This document shows, piece after piece, positions 39,401-48,900 of a DNA stretch of 64,000 nt. The notes below the pieces were generated by a model. It saw nothing but the letters and a program-made list of their open reading frames with translations. It was not told the origin of the DNA and searched no databases. Origin of the DNA: a virus; IMG/VR virus record IMGVR_UViG_3300045988_126562; one strand, written 5' to 3'. The stretch's first letter is position 1. The number at the start of each line of letters is the position of its first letter. Both the position numbers and the translations under genes were made by a program.

Positions 39401-42400
39401 ATCTAAATTAGGTATAACCCAAGGTCTGTCAGACATATTTTTCAACATAGTAGCCTTATTAACCTTACTTGTTTCAGAGCTGCGGATACTAGAATTAGTA
39501 ATAGAGAATGTAGCACATTTAAATAAAGTAGAGGCCCCATATTTACTTAAACTAGAGTATCCTAAAGGCTTTTCATGAACAGAACTATGAGTCAACTCAG
39601 GAGAAGAATTTTGAAACCAAATAGAGAAAAACGGATTGGTATGAATAGCACCATCTTGTGTGGTAGCGTCTTCATTATTCCCTGTTAAACTCATATTTGG
39701 GGCTGTTAAATCATCTATAACAGATATATTGAGATATTGAGGAATACCGTCTTTCTTATTTTTTATCAAAGTATGTCCAGTACCACCATAAATAACCCCA
39801 CGCTTACTAAATGCTACAGTTCTATTAGCTTCTTCTATTTTAATGGATTTAGAGTCGATACCAGTAGCTTGTACTTTAGTAGGATGTAAAAATGGAAGTC
39901 CTACAGTCGCTAGATTATAATTATTGCTCACAATATTATCTAATCTTTGGAACTTGTACAGTTCGGGATTCAATACTACGGTTATACCTAAATCTTTTTC
40001 GGCACTATATAAGGGCATAGCTGCATTTTTGATTAACTTACCATTTTTATCAAATGCTAGATAACCTCTTAATTCCTTAGTAGATTTATTAACCCAAATG
40101 TCTTCGTAGGTAGAACCATTTTTAGTTAATTCCTTAACTACAGATTCTGACAGTCTGTCGGATAAATACTTTGTCTGGTCCTCGAACTTATTGTAACCAG
40201 AGGTAATAATTTTATTTTCTAAACCATTAGCTAAAACAGTACTTAGTCTAACACCTCCACTTCTTAAAGTCTCTGCATATAATGTTTCCTCAATTCTGTT
40301 TTTTTCGTTAAATATATCTCTATTATTAGAGGTATATCTTTTAAATTCAAAAGCTAATAAATTATTAAAGATGTACTTGCCAGCTTTTTTATTCCAAGTA
40401 AAATGAATTTCTGGTATAATTGATATATCTTCTCCCTTAGATTGAAGAAGTTTTATAGCTACATAAATATCATTCTTTGATAATTTATTTACTAGAGGTT
40501 CATATTCTTCCCATTTATTATAATTAGCTTCCGGATATTTTTTTGGATATAAAGAATGTAAAGCTCCAAAGAATTTTTTATAATCTTCAACTATGGTCTT
40601 TTTTAGATTAATCATTTGACTTCTCATAGATTCATAGTAGAGATTGTCCAACTCGTCAGTGCTTAATTCAGAAAAGGATTTATCGTTAATTATGGTTTCT
40701 CCATCAATATTAACATAAGTGAACTTCTCATCAGTCCTGATAGCTTTAGCTTGAATTTTGCCTTTATCAGCATAAACAGCAGGCTGAATAGACACAAACT
40801 TCTTTTTATTAGCAAAATATCCTGATACAATACCATCGTATATAAGTTCTGCATCACTCATATTTTTTATTTGCTGAGAATCTCCATCGTATCCAATAAA
40901 TTCTGTTTTAAAGGTATTTCTCATCATACCGTAGATCTTATTATTCATAAATAAGTTATGTCTAAGGGTATGATTGGGGTTTTCTACTACCTGTTTAAAT
41001 AAGTTTCTAAACAGATATTTATCACCTTCACTTAAGGAAGTTAATCCAAATTTCGGAAGAGAAGCACCTTCAGAGTTTTTTACATTACTTTGAGTGGAAT
41101 CCTTACTAATATAAGACTTAGCTCTAGCCAATACTTCAACTGCATCTAATGCTCCGTTGAATCCATCAACTCTAACTGCCCCTAAATCATTGCTAAACCA
41201 AGACCTAGTGTTGTCTGAAAATGTTCCATCTATTACTTTTCCAGAGGCTATATTATAGGTAATGTTACTACCCAATTTGTTTGACAGGAAAATGTTAGAG
41301 GCTAAATTTAGCAATTTAAATACACTAGATGGAGAAGACTCATTAGCTATAAGTAGTCCAGCATAAAAATCCTTATCAAATCTTTGTTTAAAAACATCAT
41401 TGAAAAATTCTACATACTCTGGATTAGAAAACTTAGCAATTACACTTTTTACATTAGAGGGAGTATTATTTTTGTTGAAATTTATAACATAATTGTCTTC
41501 TCCTATCTTAAAAGATAAAGATTGTATTTTACCATTAGTAGTGTTGAATACTACATTATATTTTTCAACAAGGCTTGAGTAATCATCTTTGATAGCATGA
41601 AGAATCAAATTTCTAGATACATCACTTTTTGTCTTAGTTAAATTGGTGCTAGACAATAAGGCTGTTTTATATGTTTCTTCCTCTTCGTCCCATATAGTTT
41701 GAGTATACTCCATAGAAGCATTTTTGTTAATATGATTAACAATCATAGAATATAAATTATTCTTTGTACTTCTAGTATTAGCTGTATTTTTAGAATATAA
41801 ACTAATATCTTTTGGACCAAATACATTATTATAAACGGTATAAAATGTATTTAACAAGATAGTATCATTTCCAGTAAAATAATTTCTAGGATTTTTATAA
41901 ATTTCATCCATAGTAGCCTTAAGAGCCTCTCCAGGATACTCTCTTAACATTTTACTATAATTAGGATTTTTATCTTTGATAATTCTAATAAGATTATTAA
42001 AATCCCTAAATAGAATAGAATTACCAGTTAGTACACCTTTAGCATTAATTTCTGGAAGTGATGAAATATATTGCTGAACCGATTTATTAGTATGAATACC
42101 AATGGAAGATGCTTCAAATGAATCATCCCATCTTTGTTTTACATGGAGCGATCCAGCTTTATATTTTGATCCTCTAGAAAATAGTTCTTTGCTGTTTACC
42201 TGAATAGGATCAATTACAATGATCCCATTAGCATATTTTTGAATAGCAGAATCAAAATTAGTAAGCAATAAATATTTATTAAACTCTCCACGAATACCTT
42301 TAGAAGGAAAATCATATTTGCCCTCATCCAAGTAAGAATAAAAATTCAGTCTAGCAGCATTAACTAAATCATTATAAGCAGCCTCATTAAATTTAATTCC

Positions 42401-42949
42401 ATCATAGATATTCTTGGGTTCAATATTTAGATATTCTGCTAATGATACAGCTAGATCATTTTGTAAATCTAATAGAGATGCATTTAAATTATACTCTGTA
42501 GCTACTTCATCTCCAGTAACAGGGTTAACTGCACTTGAATTTACAAGAACATTCTGTGCCCATTTGGAGAATGCTCCTCTATCTGTACTTTTAGAAAAGA
42601 TAGAATCCAATCCAGAAGATATTCTAGGAAACTCCTGGTATTCTCCAGAATTGTATTTTGTATTATCTAAAGAGGAACGAGAGGGTGTACTCTCGTTCCA
42701 ATATTTAGTTATTTTATCATCTAAATCGTTTGTATTAAGTTCGACCTCATCTTCCTCTGCCGATTCGATTATTGCCTCAGTTAGGATAGACAATACCTTG
42801 TCATTTATAGGAAGCTTTCCTTCGTTAGTTTGGGATTTAATAGTTTTTACTAACTCCTTTAATTCCAGATCATTGTATTCTTCAATTTCCAGATTAAGAA
42901 TAGCATCAATTACTAAATCGCTAGTTAAAATGTTACAACTTTTACTCAT
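33404..42949 (-). CDS. crAss-type virion RNA polymerase polyprotein (two-barrel RNAP, DFDID loop) with embedded P-loop kinase-like module
   Basis: 3181 aa. AARIPAQSMQSF...YEGSDFDIDKIYVMN (DFDID codons 36329-36343, aa 2203-2207) parallels the beta-prime NADFDGD loop. Walker A GHPTLGKT lies at 38738-38761 (aa 1397-1404). Confidence 0.8.
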   Translation of the reverse strand: MSKSCNILTSDLVIDAILNLEIEEYNDLELKELVKTIKSQTNEGKLPINDKVLSILTEAIIESAEEDEVELNTNDLDDKITKYWNESTPSRSSLDNTKYNSGEYQEFPRISSGLDSIFSKSTDRGAFSKWAQNVLVNSSAVNPVTGDEVATEYNLNASLLDLQNDLAVSLAEYLNIEPKNIYDGIKFNEAAYNDLVNAARLNFYSYLDEGKYDFPSKGIRGEFNKYLLLTNFDSAIQKYANGIIVIDPIQVNSKELFSRGSKYKAGSLHVKQRWDDSFEASSIGIHTNKSVQQYISSLPEINAKGVLTGNSILFRDFNNLIRIIKDKNPNYSKMLREYPGEALKATMDEIYKNPRNYFTGNDTILLNTFYTVYNNVFGPKDISLYSKNTANTRSTKNNLYSMIVNHINKNASMEYTQTIWDEEEETYKTALLSSTNLTKTKSDVSRNLILHAIKDDYSSLVEKYNVVFNTTNGKIQSLSFKIGEDNYVINFNKNNTPSNVKSVIAKFSNPEYVEFFNDVFKQRFDKDFYAGLLIANESSPSSVFKLLNLASNIFLSNKLGSNITYNIASGKVIDGTFSDNTRSWFSNDLGAVRVDGFNGALDAVEVLARAKSYISKDSTQSNVKNSEGASLPKFGLTSLSEGDKYLFRNLFKQVVENPNHTLRHNLFMNNKIYGMMRNTFKTEFIGYDGDSQQIKNMSDAELIYDGIVSGYFANKKKFVSIQPAVYADKGKIQAKAIRTDEKFTYVNIDGETIINDKSFSELSTDELDNLYYESMRSQMINLKKTIVEDYKKFFGALHSLYPKKYPEANYNKWEEYEPLVNKLSKNDIYVAIKLLQSKGEDISIIPEIHFTWNKKAGKYIFNNLLAFEFKRYTSNNRDIFNEKNRIEETLYAETLRSGGVRLSTVLANGLENKIITSGYNKFEDQTKYLSDRLSESVVKELTKNGSTYEDIWVNKSTKELRGYLAFDKNGKLIKNAAMPLYSAEKDLGITVVLNPELYKFQRLDNIVSNNYNLATVGLPFLHPTKVQATGIDSKSIKIEEANRTVAFSKRGVIYGGTGHTLIKNKKDGIPQYLNISVIDDLTAPNMSLTGNNEDATTQDGAIHTNPFFSIWFQNSSPELTHSSVHEKPLGYSSLSKYGASTLFKCATFSITNSSIRSSETSKVNKATMLKNMSDRPWVIPNLDISPYFQSVYYIDPELDLNRYFELTSLEKVSTDVVNGKVDNIYKAQVIEVDSRGNIIGSETETKILHLNSNYDIWKAFGGAYSCSLSNGKLEPSEDSIHQVARIANDVNIYEDSDEIAEYNDLVKFGRLSNPKLAEISKIKDIRDVPQYSNKLIPEKHLKIEGGRTYYQPMKYSDIHYLANASGVKNGIVNPNPASLYFNSTQERINPNSRVIFGHPTLGKTVASKMGYNLISFDDYNRDKIKNYIAKNKLEGETTQQFKKRRDPAYQEFLLSLLEENLDLNVPIFFSDLSLLDAINNSDEIVIDEIYTMSEENFIERNRQRGGTDDANAREWKHNLDEALNTYLESIPDTKVVDATGHDLFEYFDSPLLSSEFDPAYLIIQLTAEHDVENEQVSEMTQVISALEQGSYTHDIAIKILSDIGQTISDRLDLYRKWDINTEVGRQELNTILGRALCRVFNDSEDRISIASAYLDRIQEELAKSNIITQPIPFDDNNLLGMFETNFRNGFNKDIIKRKFSGFTGVMTPCFDLYSVYDYNGNVITEQDFSRIAEKNETSNIKETLTSLDVEVPVSQIRCGDWIELNGQAVQVGTLVTTFGNTPSITLEEVKSMRGQTVKKLASKGRNLRAQNYVVTVNPDQVNVEDSTFDIYDLDSVLLSSKLKQYVKEFNLEQPQYLDQVFIEVNELIKAKYLTINDKGESRTVDLIPYLKEGNIDKLKSYIKVAIQEDMKSIQSGKYPVPIKYRNDSAQADIITSEYTPNELAVGKPFASKFLLSPGDTISNIDVEFFKNKLRERRSNPIDSKFYNLYFVGNNYKLNFSYDPNIIKKLRSAGYTVSEKNIQDQIITANEGLIRRINDDIKYPVNKNMAFYDVTTPDGETVEMVTGFSNEDIKNIWNTESFYTNNFNFSNFDKEYNDEETLSRNFKRLSNLLKLYGSLNKIKVPIKSYQEAFEYISKINPEAEDTKRAFMMNQSFNEALKVIAARIPAQSMQSFMNMKIASFIDTDTNIVYTPIEMLIYEGSDFDIDKIYVMNSSIGDNGVYINWSPYFMWETTDLFNKSKELPLPNGKTYTVDESGIDVSEYNDLESLYEGKQYSVFLDRLAEMLEKIKETNIVSGASDYLLNIINTHNKFQYNKNEGVKNKIFNNMFKVGADPRNFLAETATLTIDPAREAASKSTAGRFGEVSSNENPGAKMVAQKENAVGKSSIGAFANGIKAFSSLLVFYQDNLSKVVPMAKQALDNFLATISVNLGVEPELDVVLSRLEELSLSELINSGLSEEEAKLVLEARKEDFRQSDKSMEHLNLLVELLKLSDTANVEKYELKLKGSSSYTAYDSEGKPFEIKFTPTLPNLNLSAADGSAISELVDKIKKGGLQEEVYETLGVMLNISTDNAKELVLKKINASGDLAKVYIYLISSGVPFTTITKFMTSSVISLVNNKAQRSLFNEESKYSNINRAIKFYQEGADIADYVGKDFVNSVINVLNTKIDSQIPTKAAEFKKFIKDSGSDYLYTLIDKITEHESDFSVAASRVLSQDEIEQLREIADELGEEGFVANRRDFKQTAFLVNRFLTESINRKNQLATIKGDINNTLELLNNLVEGGDEISEYSQWCGLNQGLKTLRNDFYNFIKRREDFIKSKTGKNFDLIQFIKDPEYRQHQINLYEKSKTTFNVLAAISSSPHFSKMYQALALNEDILNTFSYKYRTFSKMADLLVHRGIVKTIKPDTMRVIKRFVDDVTISEFFDNLSFEIPMVGEVLPYYNADGSTSKREEEVLQLNDVFGRASFKRIMENYIIPELQNKYPTNRFLSDLMFGYTKTSFGVRDFLKLPIDLNNISSEMNENLFNDYVSGFNSIKDDTYNNVRIEDLFFAYNLLVSNNGFGPNTMTRIFEDAIKSSPKNSIISKFTEFEANLPNMDINIDEDDLLIRFAGETGSGFDVQYVAGKKVIYHDGKVQDLFIENNPTSLFFRDGVSRVYKIKADNIYVKFMNLFADNKLDIKLTCDE

Positions 42950-42952
42950 ATA

Positions 42953-45900
42953 TTAACATTTAGATTTATTATCTTTATTAAACAAGTTTTCTATTGCTCT
43001 TTTTCCTTTTGGTCCAACTTTTTTATCTGTTATTTTCCTTATATATTCCGTTAATAGTTCTACTTTGTCATTTATATTAGGAGTACTATTAACTGTTAAT
43101 ATCAGATTACTTACATCTTCTGTAATAGTTGTCTTAAAGGACTTTTGTAAGAGCTTATCTAGATCACTAGTAGTTATATTTTTAGTAGAATCAGTAATAG
43201 GAACGGTTGCATTAGTTTCTGAAAGTATAGTCTTAGAAAGTCTAATGTTTCCAGTCTTATCTAAATTTATCTTTATTGCTATTCCTCCATTTTCTGATTT
43301 AATCATTATAGAATCATCTTGGTATACAAAATTCAAGTTATCATCTGCTAATGAATTTAAAATATCAGGATTGATGGAAGAATTTAATAGGAAATTCTTA
43401 TTTAAATCAGTTCTAATAGAAGATAACTGATTGTTTTTCCATTGCAAAGATACCAATTTAGGAGAACTATCCCAAACTAATTTCTTAATACGTTGATAAT
43501 TATTATTTATATATGTATTTAGATTCTCATTTAGAACATCATTTGTCCATGATTGTTCTATTTGGAATTTACTTGTAATCTCGTTAAATTGACTTATTAA
43601 TTCAGGATCTATATTAGCTTTTAATTCATCTAATTTTTTAGAGTATAGTTCTTGTATATCGGTGTTAAGCTCATTAGTATTTGAATTTACTTCTATAGAG
43701 CTATAAGGTATAAATGCCCTTCTCGGTAACACTTGGCGATACATATAAACTTTGTCCTTTGTAGCTGCTGCTTTAATATATCCTTCAATATATTTAGCTT
43801 CTACATCTCTTCCTTGTGTTAAGATCCCATTGTCAAATAGACCAGAGGCTTCTAAGGAAGTTCTAAATAAGTCTTGTTTTTCTCCTTCTAATTTACTAAA
43901 AAACTCTACTAACTTTAAGTCTTTAATAGTATAAAATAACAAATTAGAGGAAAATAAATCAGACACACTTTCAAGTGTCCTGCCAGAGAATGTATCAGAT
44001 ATTTTAGATAAGGATTCAAACATAGTTTGAGCCTTTTCTGATAATGCCTGCTCTCCAGTTATATTAGGGTTTGGACTAATTAAATTTGAGTCCTTGTATA
44101 AACTACTTTCAGGATTAGATAATTCCTTGAACAGAGTTATTAATTTTCTATCTTTAAATTTGTTAATAAATTTTATTTCTAGATCATTGAACTTAGGAAT
44201 GCTAATTTCATCTAGTAATTGATCTAGAGCAGGTATATCAGCTTTATTTATAGCTCTTTGATAATTAGTTAAAGATGCTTCACTGATAACCATTTCCTTA
44301 CTTTCAGCAGGAATCTTTTCTGCGAATAAAGCCAATATGGACCTAAGTAACCTATTATTTTCTTTAGTAGATTCTAATGGTTTCTTTATAATTTTTCTAT
44401 AAGTTCCTCCTATTTTATCAGCTTCTTTGTTAAATTCTTCTGCCTCTTTATTGTATTCTTCTATAGATTTGTTATACTCATTTAAAGCATTTTCATTCTC
44501 CAATAAATATTGAAGTTTATACATAGAAGCTATCAATCTAGGGGCTAAAGCAGTAGGAACAAATTTCCTTAGTTTAAAATAATCAGTTTTATGATTTTTA
44601 CTGCTTTCTAGCAAAGTATTTAATTGACTAAAGAAATCATTGTATGAATAAGGAATTATAGATACTTTTCTTTTTTGTATATCGAATATTTCTGAGCCAT
44701 AGGAATTTAACATCTCAGATTCAGTTATTCCTGGAGTATCAGAAACTAAAACATATGGAGTTCCTTTGAAAGAACCTTCGGATTCAAAATAAATATTAGA
44801 AATAGTTAGTTCTGGATTAAGAGACTGTAACTTTTCCAATGTCAATCCATACTCATTTGTTTCGGATGAAGATATTAATCCTCTTACTTGTATATTATCA
44901 AAATTTAAGTTTAAATATTTGGGGTTGGGATAGTCTCCATTTATTAATTTCTTAAATTCTGAGTTTCCTACATTACTATTTTCAGAAATATCAGCTACTG
45001 TGATATCATAAGTTTGCCCGTCTAATCCTGTTAATTGTAATACAATTCTAGAAAAGTTTTTGGAAGTTCTATTATAGTTTAAATTGTCCAACTGATAATC
45101 AGTATCAGCATTTAGTTTAGATATTTTAAGCTTTAACTGACCTTTTTCTAGTATGTCCATCATGCCTAAGAAGTTATTTCTATCCCCTGTTAGTAATTCA
45201 GTGAATTTACTAAATACATTGATGTAATTAGTACCTTCCTTTAATTGCCTTAAGAAATTTTCCTTGTCTTCTGCATAACTAAATCTCTTCATTATAGACC
45301 AAGCTTTATACTCTGGGGTAGAAATTATCTCATCTTTAGACATAGGAGAAGTTAATACAAGATTCAAGTCTTCCCTATTAGAATTTGGAATAAAGGTATT
45401 CTCTCCAGTTCTAGACAATCCTATATGCTTAGATGAGAAGTAAATAGCAAGATTTTCCTTTTTAAATTCTGGAGTATCGTCTTCTTTAGTTACTTCTTTT
45501 TCTCTTTCTACAAGGTTCTTTTCTATAGCTGTTATGTTCTTAGGTTTATCTAGTTCATTAGCCTCCATTTTTTCTAAATCAGAATTAATTGTTTCTGTAT
45601 TAGAATTGGTACTTCTTTTGTAAATAGAAGATATAACTTCCTTATAATTGTTAATATCAGATTGTTGTAATCCAGAATCACTAGAGTATCCCATCCTAAT
45701 ACTACCTGCTATTGGGACATTATTACCTTCCATTATAATTATAGAGCCATCAGAAGATCTAGTAATATGGGTATAAAAAGCCCTAAGAGTTCCTAAGAAA
45801 GAGTCATTAATTTGAGTGTCATTAGACCCTCTTACTTTATCATATTTAACATCTACTACTACGTATTTAAATTCTGAACCCTGAACGTCATCTGCTTGCT

Positions 45901-48900
45901 TAATATTAATTTTATCAGGAAACTCTTCGATTAATCTTTGGAATAAATCTAAAGTACTAGATTTAGACTTATTAGTTATAAGAGTTATTTTTTCCTTTTC
46001 TCCTAGACTAGATATTAAATTTCTAATCTCTGGTTCAGAAATTGAATTAACGGTCTTGTCTCCCTGTAACTTATTGTTGCCTTCATAGTACTTTAAGTAA
46101 GTTTCCTTACTTAATATTTGGTATCTATCTGATAGATTTACATTTATTTTAGCTAATCTACTGTTATTTATATCTTCTAGAGATGTTCTTAATATAGTGG
46201 ACAAAATAGATAAATTATCTTGTTTATGCCCATTAGCAGCTCTTACAGACATCATTAAGGAAGGGGCAGAATATACTATACCAGAAACATAGTTCGGAGA
46301 ACCATCCACTTTGAATCCTTCTTGTTTAGTATCTCCTAATCCAACTATTCTTAAATTAGGTATTTTGGTTAATAAATCCATTTCATAAGAACTAAAATGA
46401 GTATATTCGTCTATAAAAACATATACTGGTTCTTTATATTGATGGACTAATTCATTAATATTGGGAATAGGATTTAATATTAATCCATTTCCATATGTTC
46501 TATTTCCATATGATGCTGTAATTTTGTCATAAAATTCTTTACCCTTGTTAGTTAATACCTCATTGAACAAATCACTTTTAGAGTATCCTTTGGCTTCACC
46601 AAGTAAAGAAGATAATTTATCAGCCTGATCAGAATTTGGTGCTGCTGCTATTATTTTTGCATCCGGATTTTTCTCTTTTATCAGTTGTTTAATAAAATAA
46701 GCTACACTAGTAGTTTTTCCAGAGCCTGGATCTCCATTAATAATAGTTATATTTTTAAATAGAATATTGCCTAATTCTCTTTCATTTAATTCCGATTTTC
46801 TATCAATAAACTTATTGATTAGGTCTGGATTTTCCTCCATAGCCATAGCCATAGAAATACTAAGATATTGTCCAAAGAATGGAGCATAAACGTTATCTCC
46901 ATCTAGTACTTTTAAGAACCTTTTCTTTAGATCCTTTTGGTTAATAGAAAATATAGACATAAGAAAATTCCCAATGAACTCTGGAGACATATCGTCAATA
47001 GTGCTATTCCTATTTATTTTAGTCTCAAAATTCTTTAAATAATCTAATCCTACTTTTCCATTACCTTTAATAGAAGCTATAGAATCAATTAATTCATTCT
47101 TAGCCTCAGCAGAAAGATTATTAAATTTATTATAATAATACTCCTGCATTTCTGTAAATATAGAATCTATTCTAGCCAATGTATTTTCATCATCAGCATC
47201 TTTGAAATTGTTTTTAGATAAATTAGAGAAAAATTGCTCAGAATCAGTAAATTTAAAATCAAAGAAAGGATTTCCATTTACTTCTAGTACCCCTCCGAAT
47301 ATAGACTTATTTTCTTCTGTGTCTGATAAAGCATATATAATATTAGCCTCATTTCTAGCTAAAGAAATAGAACTTTCTTTTAATTTGCTAACAGTATTAT
47401 TTGAACTTAGGTCTAATAGATAAGAGATATCCCCGCTCAGTCTATTTAAATCTTTCATCCAAATGATAGCTGCATTTGAATCAACTATTGGTATTTCTGG
47501 AAGGTTGGATTTTTTTCTGGCATTGTTTACTATATCTATCATACTTCCAAATTCACTTTCATTGTCTCCTTCAGAGTATTTGAGAATAGATTTAGCCATA
47601 GAGATAACTCCTAATGCAGCCCTTAATTGGCCTTCCGTTATCCTATTTTTTATAGAATAGTCAGCAAGATTATTAAGAGATCCAAACACTTTTTCCTCTT
47701 CATTTATAATAGAAAATACGTTTTCTCCAGTTAGTTCTTTAGATAATGTTTCTAACATTTTCCTTAGAGGAGAATCGGATACTGTTTTTTCTTTTACTTG
47801 ATTTAGTGAAGAAGCTACTTCCTGTAATATTGATATATTAGGGTTCAACTCTAAGGAAGACATAAGTACCTCCTCTATAATTTTAGACATAGATCCACTT
47901 TTGGAATTATATCCTTGATAATCATTGTCTGGAAGTAACCCGCCTATTATTTTGGTAGAAGAATCTACAGACCCAGAGAATACATCATTTATGATGGATT
48001 TTAAGTCTAAATCAGATAATTGTACTCCAATTTCTTCTATAGGTTCTTCAGCGTTTTCATCCATCAAGTTATATGTTCCATCAGGATTTTTAGTTATATC
48101 TACTATGCCAGAACCATCATTAAATTGAGGAAATTTTTCTAGTATAGTGGGAGACTTAAATGAATCCAAAGTAAGAGTTTGTCCAGATTCTAATTCTAAT
48201 TTAATTCTTTCTAATATAGTTCCAGAATAATCATTAAAATTAAACTTATTGAAATAATCAAAAGTTCTCTTTAACTTGTCTACAACTTCTGAATCTATTG
48301 TAGAATTAGAAGCAATTATATTACTTAATAATTCAGAATATCTAAGTAAAGTAGATTCTGGAGCTGCCAATAAAGTGGTATCAACTCCTAAACTAACATT
48401 ACTAGTGAGTGCTCCTACTTTATTTAATTCATTTTCTGTCCAATTGATCAATTCATCTTGAATAAATAGATCAGCCGCAATTCTTTTTTGCTCTTCTGTT
48501 TCTAGCTCATTATTTTTATCAAGATTATTGGATTCAATAAAGGCATCTAAATTTGCATCTCTGGCTGATTCTAATGCAGATTTGAAGGATTCTATTTTTT
48601 CTTTTGGGAGATATGTTTTTATTAAATCCTCTTGTATTTTATCCAAAGAATCTTGATAAACTTTTCTATTTTGCAGATTTTCTGATTGTAAAGATATATT
48701 TTGAATATCGCTTAATACTTTGTCTCTAAAGAATTTAAAAGTATTAAATGCTGTATCTTCTTTATTAGCATCATTAGATATTTTAACTTTATACAAGTTA
48801 TTAAGTTCCTCTTGTTCTTCTGGAGACATAGTAGCATAATTCTTACCTCTACTCATAGCAAAGGTATATATATCTAAATCATTTTTAAATGCACCACTAA

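Noticed and set aside
42414-42956. 180-aa plus-strand ORF, together with many other 60-120-aa ORFs antisense to the giant genes (e.g. 27300-27617, 43065-43430, 47202-47423, 53311-53598, 54744-54941)
   Set aside because: All lie entirely inside much longer minus-strand ORFs that carry recognisable motifs. Their translations are Ser/Leu/Phe/Ile-rich low-complexity strings typical of the antisense of AT-rich coding DNA.
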